This document shows, in pieces, positions 16,022 through 25,815 of a DNA stretch of 32,436 bases. The notes beneath the pieces were generated by a model that searched no databases, was not told the origin of the DNA, and saw only the letters and a list, made by a program, of their open reading frames with translations. Every line of letters starts with the position of its first letter. The stretch's first letter is position 1. The position numbers and the translations under genes are program-made. The DNA lies in NCBI GenBank assembly GCA_964571545.1, contig CAZNCK010000005.1:565-33000 (forward strand). The letters are read 5' to 3'. The DNA is from an uncultured Treponemataceae bacterium. Lineage in GTDB: Bacteria; Spirochaetota; Spirochaetia; Treponematales; UBA12059.

Positions 16022-16050
16022 ATGATACGGCAAACAAGGCGATTGGTAAA
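16022..16050 (-). promoter_or_regulatory. Putative promoter for the helicase-nuclease pair
   Basis: Minus strand TTTACC-17 bp-TATCAT, 9 nt before ATG 16012. No SD. Confidence 0.45.
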
Positions 16051-16105
16051 TCTCGTTTTGTTGCGTCATCATGCGTCGATTGGGCGATTGCGTATTGGAC
16101 AGTCA

Positions 16106-16114
16106 TGCTATAAT
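16106..16114 (+). promoter_or_regulatory. Extended -10 promoter for glgC
   Basis: TGCTATAAT (TGnTATAAT) upstream of SD GGAGG at 16136-16140. Confidence 0.65.
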
Positions 16115-16145
16115 TTACTGATTGATTTTCTGAGTGGAGGAAATG

Positions 16146-17417
16146 ATGCATAAGGTCCTATCAATAGTCCTCGGCGGAGGCAAAGGTTCGAGGCTTTTCC
16201 CCTTGACGAAAGACAGGGCGAAACCGGCAGTACCCTTTGGCGGCCGTTACCGTATCGTCGACATTCCTATCTCCAACTGCATAAACTCTGGTTTTAAACA
16301 AATTTATATTCTGACCCAATTCAACTCAGCCTCTTTGCACCTGCATATTGCTCGCACCTACGTGTTTGACACCTTTTCTGACGGCTTCGCCGAAGTGCTG
16401 GCCGCGGAGCAGACCTTGACCCATTCCGGTTGGTACGAGGGCACCGCGGATGCCGTAAGAAAGAACCTCGTACATTTTCGGCCCCAGAATCCTACTCACT
16501 ACCTAATCGTTTCAGGAGATCAGCTCTATAGAATGGACCTTGCGGACATGTTCCACAAGCACGTGGAATCAGGGCGCGCGTTGACGATTGCTTGCACCTC
16601 CGTTACCAGGGAAGACGCAAGCGATTTTGGCATCATGAAGGTTGATTCAAAAAGCAAGGTCATCGAATTCCAGGAAAAACCTGGCACTGTAAAGGATATT
16701 TCAGACTACAGGATTCCCAAAGAACTGATGAAGGACCGCCGAGGATCAAAAGAATACCTTGCCTCAATGGGCATCTATATTTTCGACGCGGCTCTCTTAG
16801 AAGAAAGCCTCGCAGACGACGAGAACGATTTTGGCAAAGAAATCATCCCAACAATCCTCGAAAAGCACGATATCAATGCCTATATTTTTGATGGTTACTG
16901 GGAAGATATAGGTACGATAAAGAGTTTCTATGAGGCAAACCTGAACTTGACTTCGATTTCGCCCGAATTCAATTTTTATGATGAGACCAGCCCCATTTTC
17001 ACGCACCGCCGCAACCTTCCGGCATCAAAAATCAATTACAGTACACTGAACCAGGCTATAACCTCGGATGGGTGCATCATCACGAACGCTTCTATATCTA
17101 ACTCCATCGTAGGTATACGTACTATCATCGAGGCCGGCGCAAGTTTCTCGGGGGTTGTCTGCATGGGTTCAGATTACTATGAGACGGAGGCGCAGAAACT
17201 ACTGAATGCTGAAAAGCGCATTCCCAACATAGGAATAGGTAGCGGGTCCATCATCAAGGGGGCCATAATCGATAAAAACGCCAGAATCGGCGCAGACTGC
17301 CGCATCGGCATCGATCAGCGGGAGAGGCCTGACGGTGAATACGGTTCTTACTATATTGTAGACGGTATAATTGTCATTCCTAAAAATGGTATCATCGAAG
17401 CAGGCAGTATTATTTAA
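16146..17417 (+). CDS. glgC: Glucose-1-phosphate adenylyltransferase (ADP-glucose pyrophosphorylase)
   Basis: GGGKGSRLFPLTKDRAKPAVPFGG, GTADAVR, SGDQLYRMD, FQEKP, ASMGIY, DFGKEIIP, YWEDIGT and AIIDKNARIG motifs. Confidence 0.97.
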   Translation: MHKVLSIVLGGGKGSRLFPLTKDRAKPAVPFGGRYRIVDIPISNCINSGFKQIYILTQFNSASLHLHIARTYVFDTFSDGFAEVLAAEQTLTHSGWYEGTADAVRKNLVHFRPQNPTHYLIVSGDQLYRMDLADMFHKHVESGRALTIACTSVTREDASDFGIMKVDSKSKVIEFQEKPGTVKDISDYRIPKELMKDRRGSKEYLASMGIYIFDAALLEESLADDENDFGKEIIPTILEKHDINAYIFDGYWEDIGTIKSFYEANLNLTSISPEFNFYDETSPIFTHRRNLPASKINYSTLNQAITSDGCIITNASISNSIVGIRTIIEAGASFSGVVCMGSDYYETEAQKLLNAEKRIPNIGIGSGSIIKGAIIDKNARIGADCRIGIDQRERPDGEYGSYYIVDGIIVIPKNGIIEAGSII

Positions 17418-17454
17418 GAAGAACGCCGGCCCAAGCCTCCAGGAGGAAATCGTC

Positions 17455-18138
17455 ATGCAAAGGAGTATCAGGGCCGCTCTTGTAGTCGTAGACGTACAAC
17501 GCTATTATCTGGAGCCAGAATCACCCTTTTACGGATATTCGGAGCTTTGCTGGCCGGGCTGTATGTCGTACATCGGAGAGCGTGTCCGGAAATCTGTATT
17601 TCCGGCAGTCAACAGACTCAGGTCGGCCTTCGGCGCCATAGGCTGGCCGACGGTATACTTGCGCCTATGTGCCACGAATCCCGATAGATCGGACCTTCAC
17701 CGATTCTTCAGGACTTTCTGGTCTGCCGCCAGTGCTGCCGGCTTCGAGGATACCTACCCTATGGCTAGTGATCCTTGGTCTGATATTGCTCCTGAGATAG
17801 CCCCTGGCACTAAAGATACCATACTCGATAAATCCAGTTATTCCGGCTTTTCAACGCCTGGGCTGGAACATATTCTCAGATCGCTCGGCGTCGATGTAGT
17901 TGTGATGACCGGACTCGCTACAAGCCAATGCGTCGATACGACAGCTCGTGACGCGTCCGAGCGGGGATTCATCGTAGTGCATGTAGAAGATGGGCAAGCG
18001 GACTACGGCGCCGACGAGCACGAGGCTGCGCTTTTTGCATCCCGGGGCATATGCGGGGGACATGTCGTCGATTCAGAATTCCTTGCGGCCGCTCCTTACA
18101 AACTGGTAAGCGCTTTTGCCGATTCGGAAAAACGGTAG
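17455..18138 (+). CDS. Isochorismatase-family cysteine hydrolase
   Basis: Asp-Lys-Cys triad (VVDVQ, DKSSYSGF, GLATSQCVDTTARDA) and SD AGGAGG before ATG 17455. Confidence 0.9.
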   Translation: MQRSIRAALVVVDVQRYYLEPESPFYGYSELCWPGCMSYIGERVRKSVFPAVNRLRSAFGAIGWPTVYLRLCATNPDRSDLHRFFRTFWSAASAAGFEDTYPMASDPWSDIAPEIAPGTKDTILDKSSYSGFSTPGLEHILRSLGVDVVVMTGLATSQCVDTTARDASERGFIVVHVEDGQADYGADEHEAALFASRGICGGHVVDSEFLAAAPYKLVSAFADSEKR

Positions 18139-18147
18139 CGAACAGGT

Positions 18148-21100
18148 TTACAGTTCTTCGGCGCCGATATCGGGGAAGCGATCTTCCGGCGTGTTTCTTT
18201 GTGTTCCCAGTAGATCGAACCTAGAGGCCCATTCTACAGTATTACCACCATCTAAACAGGCTGATAATTTTGAAAGCCGGAATAATCCCTTGATGGATCC
18301 AGAAAACATTCGGGCCGGATCTTCAGAAAAATTAGGTTTCGCAGGCTTCATCAATTGATTGAGTTCCGCAAGCGTCGTAACCGAGAGTCTTCCATCAAGA
18401 TAGCGCGAGAAACCCCACAAGCTATTTGCACTCACGGTACCGCTTATGGGTAGTGTGTCGCTACGGATGAAGGCTGAAGTACTGCCAGGGAATGAAGCGA
18501 TAGAATTGAAAATCTCGAAATTCGATCCTGTAGAACTGACAAAAACAGCTCGAGGCGCATCAATGAGAGCCGTTACGTGAGCCACTCTGAGCGTTGACCC
18601 GTTAAGCGCGTTGAAAGCTTCTGTCGAACCTTTCCAGGTTGCCTCTATATATACTGAAGAAACCGTCAAACTGGATGCGCTTGCAGTGAAAATCCTGCAT
18701 GACGAAGCGCCTCCCGCAATGAAAAAGGCAGCGCTTTCGACATATACTGTCGAACGGACTGAATTGATGGCTGATAAGGCTTGTGAAGGCGTCGCTTCAA
18801 GGCGAAGTCCGGTAATAAAAGCGTCGGCATCGCTGATCCTGATGGCATCGAACAGTTTGACTGTGGAATCGCAGTGTATCGTGCTGTTGTCCAGTTTTAG
18901 AGGCGCACCGTTGGATTCTATTCCATGAGCTGTCACACTATTTGACAAATTCATTGAAGAAGAGTCGACGGTAATACTGCTACCGGCTGATTTGAGGGCG
19001 GTCATATCGATACCCCCCGACAAAGCTAGCGTAGAACGATGTACGCTGATGGATCCGGAGCGTGAAAAAGCTATGCCGCCGGCGCCTTCGCCGTTCATAG
19101 AAAGAGCCACTGCAATTAACGAAATCGAGCCACCGTCAACGACAAAAGCCCAAGAGGAAGACGAGGGTGGAACTTTGATAAAGATCGAGGCGGAAACGGC
19201 GGAATCATTCCACTCTTCATCAAATCCACCCGCGATAGTCAACGGCTTGGATATAACGACAGTCCTTCTGAGCGCTACCTCGCCACGAACGTAAACGAAA
19301 CGCTTCCCCGTAGCCTGGGCGGCTTCGATTGCGTCATCAAGGAACTGAATAGGATCGTCAGGAGAACCTGAAGCCTCCGGGCGACCGCTTGCATCGGTAT
19401 ATAGGGAGGATCGATCTATCAGGATATCTATAGCGGGCATTTCCTTTGAACGATTTCCGAATTCGTCTTCTGAATACGCTCGGATGACATATCTCTTTCG
19501 GCCTTCGTCCGAACCGTTGATCGACATGGGACTACTGTACGGAATGAAAGGACCTTGACCGTTTTCCGATATAGAGACGAAAATCGAGCCTTGTTGAGGT
19601 TTGAAGGAAACCGTCGAATCAGATGAGGAGAAACTATGGATGCCTTGCGTAGTAGCAGGAACCGGTGGCGGCTGGCGATCAACCGAGAAGCTTATAAAGC
19701 GTTCCTGAATCGTAGCAGCAATCATGTTTTTAGGCGGCGCAGGAGATTCAGCAATGACCCGAAGATGATAGCGTACTATTTCACCGGCCTTTCCTTCAAA
19801 GCGAAGGCCTTCCTGACCTAGAACAGGGCTACTGCTACCGACTAGGGGAGCTATGGCGTTGCCCTCGATGACTTCGTACCGGAGTTTGGCTACTCCTTGC
19901 GGAGCTATCAAGACAGGCGCCCCGTAGGTTTTTCCATTTTCAACACCGTTCACTAAAGGAACAATCGCCGTATACCACGGAGGTAGCTCCACACTCGCGG
20001 TAGCCGAACGAGAACCGATACGGTCGAGCATATAGTAACGCAGAGTCACGGGAGTAGATCTTAGTTCACAACGTATAGGTTGTTGATATGCGCTAAACTC
20101 TTCTGATCCAATTGAAAAAAGTATGGTCCATGGAGAGGCTGGCCAGTCGATATAGGCCGTCGATTCCTCGATCCTGATCATAGGGGCAACTGGAGTGGGC
20201 GGCGCGCCGGCAGCTTCGTCCGCAGGAAAGCTAGGCGACAAGCGGGCCGGTTCCGGTACGATGTAACGCACATCATCACGTATGTAGCCATAATGCACGG
20301 CAATCTCAGTTTCGTATCCCCATGGAAATGGTATGAGACAGGTGGCGACAGTCGTTCCAGACAGTTCCACATATGACGCTGTGGCTTTGAACGGTTCGGG
20401 CGAGTTGACGGCGACGCAAGGAGTCGTTCCTTCAGGAACTTTGATCGTAAGTCGGGCGGAACCTGCAAGATCCACCAATTCAGCGGTTAGTTCTGGAGTT
20501 TTTTCCGTCAGGGCTATTGAATTCCTGGCCAATCCTGGAGTGAAAGGATACGAAGGTGTGAGACTTAGCGGATGCAAGCGCCACCGAGCTGAACTGGATC
20601 GCGAAATGTTGCCCGCGGCGTCGACAGCGTAAACGGTAGCGCTGACTATACGGGTTGCGTCTTCTTCTACCGTGAACAGAATTTTCCTGGAAGCAGGGAA
20701 TGGTTCGAACGGTGAACCGTCGATGCTTATAAACAGGTCTCCGGCTCCCTCCACGCCCAGAGATAAGGAACCTTCAATATCTCCAGGAGGTGGGATGAGA
20801 ATAGGTGGTTCCGGAGCCCTCATATCGATAAGGTAGGATAGTATTGTATGGCTAGTTCTATCCGAAGATTGAAATTCAAGTGTATATCTGCGTTCTTCAC
20901 CAGCGAAGGCGTTCAGGTAGAGAGGTCTATCAAAAGAAATCCAGGATTCCTGACCTGCAAAGCGATATTGCGCAACGGAGCCGGGAGCAAAGGACGCGGG
21001 CACTAAAACCTGAGCCTCGGCATAGGTGCCTACCGGCGGCCCAAAAACACCCTGCATCGGTTCATAGGATAACGACGGAACAGAAGGTTCCGCATGACTG

Positions 21101-21156
21101 AAAGCGGCCGCCAGAAAGGCGACCGCGTACGCACTCAGGAGTCTGGATACAGTCAT
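18148..21156 (-). CDS. Large secreted protein: tandem Ig/Fn3-like modules plus a C-terminal parallel beta-helix
   Basis: Signal peptide ending SHA. Repeated module ends (YAVDAAGNIS, YMLDRIGSRS, YSEDEFGNRS) and DxxxPxxP linkers. Beta-helix cap GSPDDPIQFLDDAI, Ser/Ala/Gly-rich coils and terminal DLLGTQR...PDIGAEE. Confidence 0.75.
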   Translation of the reverse strand: MTVSRLLSAYAVAFLAAAFSHAEPSVPSLSYEPMQGVFGPPVGTYAEAQVLVPASFAPGSVAQYRFAGQESWISFDRPLYLNAFAGEERRYTLEFQSSDRTSHTILSYLIDMRAPEPPILIPPPGDIEGSLSLGVEGAGDLFISIDGSPFEPFPASRKILFTVEEDATRIVSATVYAVDAAGNISRSSSARWRLHPLSLTPSYPFTPGLARNSIALTEKTPELTAELVDLAGSARLTIKVPEGTTPCVAVNSPEPFKATASYVELSGTTVATCLIPFPWGYETEIAVHYGYIRDDVRYIVPEPARLSPSFPADEAAGAPPTPVAPMIRIEESTAYIDWPASPWTILFSIGSEEFSAYQQPIRCELRSTPVTLRYYMLDRIGSRSATASVELPPWYTAIVPLVNGVENGKTYGAPVLIAPQGVAKLRYEVIEGNAIAPLVGSSSPVLGQEGLRFEGKAGEIVRYHLRVIAESPAPPKNMIAATIQERFISFSVDRQPPPVPATTQGIHSFSSSDSTVSFKPQQGSIFVSISENGQGPFIPYSSPMSINGSDEGRKRYVIRAYSEDEFGNRSKEMPAIDILIDRSSLYTDASGRPEASGSPDDPIQFLDDAIEAAQATGKRFVYVRGEVALRRTVVISKPLTIAGGFDEEWNDSAVSASIFIKVPPSSSSWAFVVDGGSISLIAVALSMNGEGAGGIAFSRSGSISVHRSTLALSGGIDMTALKSAGSSITVDSSSMNLSNSVTAHGIESNGAPLKLDNSTIHCDSTVKLFDAIRISDADAFITGLRLEATPSQALSAINSVRSTVYVESAAFFIAGGASSCRIFTASASSLTVSSVYIEATWKGSTEAFNALNGSTLRVAHVTALIDAPRAVFVSSTGSNFEIFNSIASFPGSTSAFIRSDTLPISGTVSANSLWGFSRYLDGRLSVTTLAELNQLMKPAKPNFSEDPARMFSGSIKGLFRLSKLSACLDGGNTVEWASRFDLLGTQRNTPEDRFPDIGAEEL

Positions 21157-21761
21157 CAGCCCTTCAGGACAGCGAGGATCTCCTGCAACTCCGGATCCTC
21201 GGGATAGTAATGCTCCTTGAGTTCTTCTTCGGACAAGCCGACGAGCTCATGGCTCATATAATGAATCCAGCGTTCATCCTCCGCTGTCTTGATCTCATGA
21301 AGCCTGCACCAGTAGTCGGGCTTGATTGCAGGCTGTTCCCCACGGTACCCAACAATCTTGTAATCGTGTACAGCTATCTTCAGGTCTTTGCGCGGCACTC
21401 CCTTTTCCAGTATCACGCTGGCGAGATGATGTATTGTCCGTCCTGTATCATAAATGTCGTCAACCAGAAGAACCTTGTCACCGTTTCTGAGATACTCGGG
21501 GCTGTAGGTCCAACCGTCGACACGGACCTGTTCCTGCTTCCGAACGTCGGTATATGAGCGCGCAACGACGGCGGCATAGAATATCGGTCGGGCATCATGC
21601 CTTACTACCTTGAAATATTCGGACATGACGTTACCGAGGTAAGCGCCGCCCCGCAGGGAGACATAGATGATATCGGGAACAAAGCCGTCAAGGTGTATCC
21701 GATGCGCTAATTTGAGCGCGTTGTTGCGCACCTCGTTGTACGATATGAATTCCTTGCTCAT
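21156..21761 (-). CDS. Type I phosphoribosyltransferase
   Basis: SLRGG and the PRPP-binding loop VLLVDDIYDTGRT, with SD GAGG. Confidence 0.9.
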   Translation of the reverse strand: MSKEFISYNEVRNNALKLAHRIHLDGFVPDIIYVSLRGGAYLGNVMSEYFKVVRHDARPIFYAAVVARSYTDVRKQEQVRVDGWTYSPEYLRNGDKVLLVDDIYDTGRTIHHLASVILEKGVPRKDLKIAVHDYKIVGYRGEQPAIKPDYWCRLHEIKTAEDERWIHYMSHELVGLSEEELKEHYYPEDPELQEILAVLKG

Positions 21762-21791
21762 CCAAACCTCTCTTTGTTCTTTACTGTAGCA

Positions 21792-23303
21792 TTACTTGCG
21801 TATGAGCGCAAGCGTAGTCAGAGTCTGACCGTCGCGCAGTACGGTAAACTGGAATTTCATGGCCTTGGTGTCGTTCAGGATACGGTAATACGGAGCAACG
21901 CCGTCGATCTCCGTATCATTCATAGCAGTCAGAACATCCCCGATTTTTATGCCAAGCGTGGCTGCCGGGCTTTTCGCTATGACGCTCGTAACAATGACGC
22001 CCTTAGTGCCTTTGGGCAACTTGGCTTTCTCAACTAAATCCTTGTTCAAGGTCGTCACTTCGAGCCCTGGCCAAAGCTTGGAATAATCCGCCGCGCTTGT
22101 TTCCTTGCGCTCATCTATCGTTACTTTGATTTCTACCGGCTTGGCATCCCGCAGCAGCTTGAACAAGGCTTTTGCTCCAACGGGGAGATCGCCGACGATA
22201 CGCACGAGTTGATCGAGCGATGCAACGGATTTTCCATCAATATCCGTAACGAAGTCACCAGGCTTGAGCCCACTCTTGGCAGCGGGTCCATCGGTAAAAA
22301 CATGTCCGATGAACGCGCCTCGCTTTTCACCCAGGCCGAGTTCGCCGAGCGTCGCTTTAGGAAGATCCGACAGAAGCACGCCGAGCCACCCGTAGCGAAC
22401 TGATCCCTTCGCGATGATATCTTCGATGACGCGAACTGCGTTGTTTATGGGAATGGAGAATCCAAGACCCACACTGCCGCCAGTCGTCGATGCTATCCAG
22501 GTATTGATTCCTATGACCTCACCATCGATATTGGCCAATGCGCCGCCGGAGTTTCCTCTGTTTATCGAAGCATCGGTCTGAATGAAGTCGCTGATATTTC
22601 CTTCGGGGCCTCCGTCGCGTCCGATTGCGCTGACGATGCCTACAGTAACGGATGAAAACAAGCCAAACGGACTTCCTATTGCAATAGCCCAATCCCCTAC
22701 CTCAAGGGCATCAGAGTCGCCAAGCCTTGCGGGGCGAATATCGGCATCTGAACTCTCGAATGATACAACCGCCAAGTCGCGTCTGGTATCGGTGCCCACG
22801 ACAGCCCCCGTGAACTCTCTTTCATCATGGAGCTTTACGGTTATTTCCTTTGCGCCGGCGACAACATGATTATTTGTCAGGATGAACACTTTCTTGCCGT
22901 CTTTGCGCACGATTATGCCAGAACCTAAGCCGCGCTCTTCAAATTCTTCAGGGGCAGGTTTCTCGTCCGGCGCTTGTTCGGGGTCGCCGAAGAAGAACCT
23001 CCAGGGGAATTGATCACTGCCTTCAACCGCCGATGTGCCAAGCACATCAAGCTCCACTACCGAGGGCAACACCGAGCGTGAAACTTGATTGAAAGCAGAC
23101 TGGATGGCCTTAGCCTGCAATATGGCGCCCGCTTCATCGACGGAGAATGCCGGGGCAGTATCCGCATGGGCAATCGCGGGCCCTTCCGAAGCTGGCGCTC
23201 GTGCCAGGATAGTAAAAGCAGCGACAAAACCTATCATTATCCCAACGAGTACAAGATTGACCAAAAAAAACTTTTTGGAAAACAGTTTTCGTGTTAACGA
23301 CAT
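21792..23303 (-). CDS. degP: HtrA/DegP (Do-family) serine protease with two PDZ domains
   Basis: GLGSG, TNNHVV (His), DLAVV (Asp), IQTDASINRGNSGG (Ser), two PDZ domains and an N-terminal TM segment. SD GGAGG before ATG 23303. Confidence 0.93.
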   Translation of the reverse strand: MSLTRKLFSKKFFLVNLVLVGIMIGFVAAFTILARAPASEGPAIAHADTAPAFSVDEAGAILQAKAIQSAFNQVSRSVLPSVVELDVLGTSAVEGSDQFPWRFFFGDPEQAPDEKPAPEEFEERGLGSGIIVRKDGKKVFILTNNHVVAGAKEITVKLHDEREFTGAVVGTDTRRDLAVVSFESSDADIRPARLGDSDALEVGDWAIAIGSPFGLFSSVTVGIVSAIGRDGGPEGNISDFIQTDASINRGNSGGALANIDGEVIGINTWIASTTGGSVGLGFSIPINNAVRVIEDIIAKGSVRYGWLGVLLSDLPKATLGELGLGEKRGAFIGHVFTDGPAAKSGLKPGDFVTDIDGKSVASLDQLVRIVGDLPVGAKALFKLLRDAKPVEIKVTIDERKETSAADYSKLWPGLEVTTLNKDLVEKAKLPKGTKGVIVTSVIAKSPAATLGIKIGDVLTAMNDTEIDGVAPYYRILNDTKAMKFQFTVLRDGQTLTTLALIRK

Positions 23304-23355
23304 AGTGTAAACCTCCGGATACATAAAATCATAAAAGGCAGCTCAGGCTAGCCTC

Positions 23356-23364
23356 ATTGTATCA
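23356..23364 (-). promoter_or_regulatory. Putative extended -10 promoter for degP
   Basis: Minus strand TGATACAAT in an AT-rich intergenic stretch. Confidence 0.45.
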
Positions 23365-23411
23365 ATATAATACCAAGGAGGCCGGACAGTTACGCGGTGT
23401 TTTTTTTCAGG

Positions 23412-24176
23412 CTACCAGGAAGTCATTACTTCTGATCCCGTTGCCGTCACAGCGACTGTATGCTCAAAATGGGCTGATTTCGAGCCATCGAGTGTAACGA
23501 TAGTCCATCCGTCATCAAGTTCGCCGACTCCGTCCCCGCCAGCATTGATCATAGGCTCGATGGCCAGTACCATGCCTGGAACCATCCTGGGGTTAGGTCC
23601 CGAGCCAACGTAATTGGGCACCTGAGGATCTTCGTGTTGGGAAAAACCTACGCCGTGGCCGCAATATTGTCTAACGACTCCATAACCATTAGCCCTGGCG
23701 TGCGAGAATACAGCTCGCGATATATCATGAATACGCGCGCCGGGACGTACGGCGGCAATAGCCCGTATGAGGCATTCCTGTGTGACACGAAGCAATTTTT
23801 CCGTCTCTGGGGCCACAGGCTCAACCGCGACAGTAAACGCGGCATCGCTGAAATAACCGCCAAGCTCTATGCCGCTGTCAATTCCGACGATATCTCCGGG
23901 TTGAATTTTGCGCTTGCCGGGAATACCATGGATTACTTCCTCGTTGATGGAAATGCACAGCGTAGCTGGATAAGGATTTGACTTATCGCCATAATTTAGA
24001 AACGCGGGCTTACCGCCATTTTCCAGAATAAATCGTTCGGCGAATTGATCGAGTTCTTCTGTGGTTATTCCCGCAACAATCATGGGACGTAATTCGGCGT
24101 ACATTCTTGACAAAAGCGCGCACGAAGCACGAATGCCGGCCAATTGGTTTTCATTTTTTAAGCGAATCAAGATCAA
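23412..24176 (-). CDS. map: Methionine aminopeptidase type I
   Basis: CISINEEVIHGIP, GDIVGIDSG, FSDAA, GHGVG, HEDP, AIEPMIN and SAHFEHTV motifs. Probable TTG start at 24176 or 24170. Confidence 0.96.
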   Translation of the reverse strand: MILIRLKNENQLAGIRASCALLSRMYAELRPMIVAGITTEELDQFAERFILENGGKPAFLNYGDKSNPYPATLCISINEEVIHGIPGKRKIQPGDIVGIDSGIELGGYFSDAAFTVAVEPVAPETEKLLRVTQECLIRAIAAVRPGARIHDISRAVFSHARANGYGVVRQYCGHGVGFSQHEDPQVPNYVGSGPNPRMVPGMVLAIEPMINAGGDGVGELDDGWTIVTLDGSKSAHFEHTVAVTATGSEVMTSW

Positions 24177-24205
24177 GCCTTTCCGGGGCCGTGAAACCCC
24201 ACTCA

Positions 24206-24227
24206 TCAACCGCGTATTCGCGGTTGA
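24206..24227. repeat. Perfect 9-bp inverted repeat (hairpin) between the TPR gene and map
   Basis: TCAACCGCG-TATT-CGCGGTTGA, immediately after the stop at 24229. No U tract. Confidence 0.6.
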
Positions 24228-24228
24228 C

Positions 24229-25815
24229 TCAATTATACATCCTCAAGCGCATCAAACGCGACCGCGCCTCGCGCGACGCTGGATCGGCACCTACCGCGGC
24301 CTCATATGCCGCGATCGCTTTCTCTGGCAACTTGGACACTTGTAACGCGTCACCTGCTTTGACGTAGGCGACAGCTTTTTCATGTTGATTCTGCGCAAGA
24401 CCAACGGCAAGCATGAAGGCCTCGGCGGCCTGTTGAGCACGATTACCAGCGAGTTCAAGCATACCCAGATTCAAGGCTCCAGCATAGCCCGATTGCCCAG
24501 GTCCGTACTTACGAATAATACTGGCCGCGCTCGTTGTATTGTCGCCCAAAACAAGTACGATGGAATCCCAGAACCATGAACGCCGAGTCTGCAAACCGTT
24601 TTTTCGACATACTTCAGCAAGCTCGGTGAAGCGATCCCACGCTCCAGCGTTAGCTAGAGTCTCAAGCGCGACATCGTAGGCAACCGGAGACGAGGGGTAT
24701 TCAGCGGCCAATCGCAACGCTTCTGGTACGGCGCGTTCCGGATTTCCGTATTCCAGCCTGGCGATGGCGGCAGATTCACCGCTCAGACTGGAAACAATAT
24801 CCCGCGCTTCTTCAATTTGATTTTTAGAACGAAGCCATCGGGCCCGATCCATTGAAGCCTCAGATGAACCCGGGAAAAGTTCTTCTATGAGAGAGCGCAG
24901 TCCAGCTTCTATCGCCGATGGAGCAGAGATCGCAGTCCATGAATCAGGAGGCGGCGCATGAGGCCACGCTCGGATCGCAGGTTCCGGTTCAGTAGCGGCG
25001 GCACGAGCAAGCGCTGCGTAGGGCTTCCAGGACCACGTTGGAAAGCGATCTATCAAGTATGCCCAGGATGCGCTGGCGGCAGTTATATCACCTATGAGGT
25101 ACTCCGCATCCGCGCATATCGCGATCTCCAGCGGATCAGTTGGAGCCGGCATGCGGCTTGCTAGCGTCTCTACGGCTCCAGCGTCCCAGAGCAGCAAATA
25201 TGAGGCACTAGACTGCATTCCTCCATTGAAGCGTAGCGCATCGACAAGCAAGGTTTTGGCTGTTGCGCGGTCGCCTTCGATGAGGGCTTGGGTGGCGGCA
25301 TATACAAGGAACCGGTCATCGCCTGTAGCATCGGCACAGGCAACTAGTTGCTCAATGGTGGAAACGGGGGTAAGACGGTTCTTGTACGCGAAAACCAAGG
25401 CTTCCGCGTATTCAGCTGCCCTGGTGGATGCATCCAGGGCGGTATGAAAAAGCGTCAAGGCTTCTGCAAATTGACTTGCTGACAAATATGCATCAAGCAT
25501 CGCGAGGGCAACCGGTTCGGATACGTTTCTATCTTTGGCTATCGCGGCTGCAATAGCCGCGTAAGAATCTGACGATCTTTTTGAGGCCCGTTTCAGCAAT
25601 CTAAGCTGGTCTTCCGTGCCGTTAGCCAAAGAGGCGGCCTTGATGAATTTCTCTGTTGTAACGGCTTGAGGTGATGAGTCGATTTCTGCAAGAAGAGAAC
25701 CAAATGAAGCATCTGGTCTGCTACATGAGACGTAGAAGACGAGCGAAGCCCAGAGGGCCAACACGACGGCGTTGCCTCCGTGTTGCCTCAGCTTGCGGTA
25801 CGGTGCTCTTTCCAT
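24229..25815 (-). CDS. TPR-containing protein, probable lipoprotein
   Basis: Basic N-region, hydrophobic stretch and a spirochaetal lipobox-like FYVS-C. Ala-rich helical repeats and a C-terminal TPR (AYVKAGDAL...AIAAYEAAVGADP). Confidence 0.75.
   Translation of the reverse strand: MERAPYRKLRQHGGNAVVLALWASLVFYVSCSRPDASFGSLLAEIDSSPQAVTTEKFIKAASLANGTEDQLRLLKRASKRSSDSYAAIAAAIAKDRNVSEPVALAMLDAYLSASQFAEALTLFHTALDASTRAAEYAEALVFAYKNRLTPVSTIEQLVACADATGDDRFLVYAATQALIEGDRATAKTLLVDALRFNGGMQSSASYLLLWDAGAVETLASRMPAPTDPLEIAICADAEYLIGDITAASASWAYLIDRFPTWSWKPYAALARAAATEPEPAIRAWPHAPPPDSWTAISAPSAIEAGLRSLIEELFPGSSEASMDRARWLRSKNQIEEARDIVSSLSGESAAIARLEYGNPERAVPEALRLAAEYPSSPVAYDVALETLANAGAWDRFTELAEVCRKNGLQTRRSWFWDSIVLVLGDNTTSAASIIRKYGPGQSGYAGALNLGMLELAGNRAQQAAEAFMLAVGLAQNQHEKAVAYVKAGDALQVSKLPEKAIAAYEAAVGADPASREARSRLMRLRMYN

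Noticed and set aside
23304-23411. CIRCE heat-shock operator upstream of degP
   Set aside because: No TTAGCACTC-N9-GAGTGCTAA; only a short palindrome (AGGCTAGCCT) of unclear significance.
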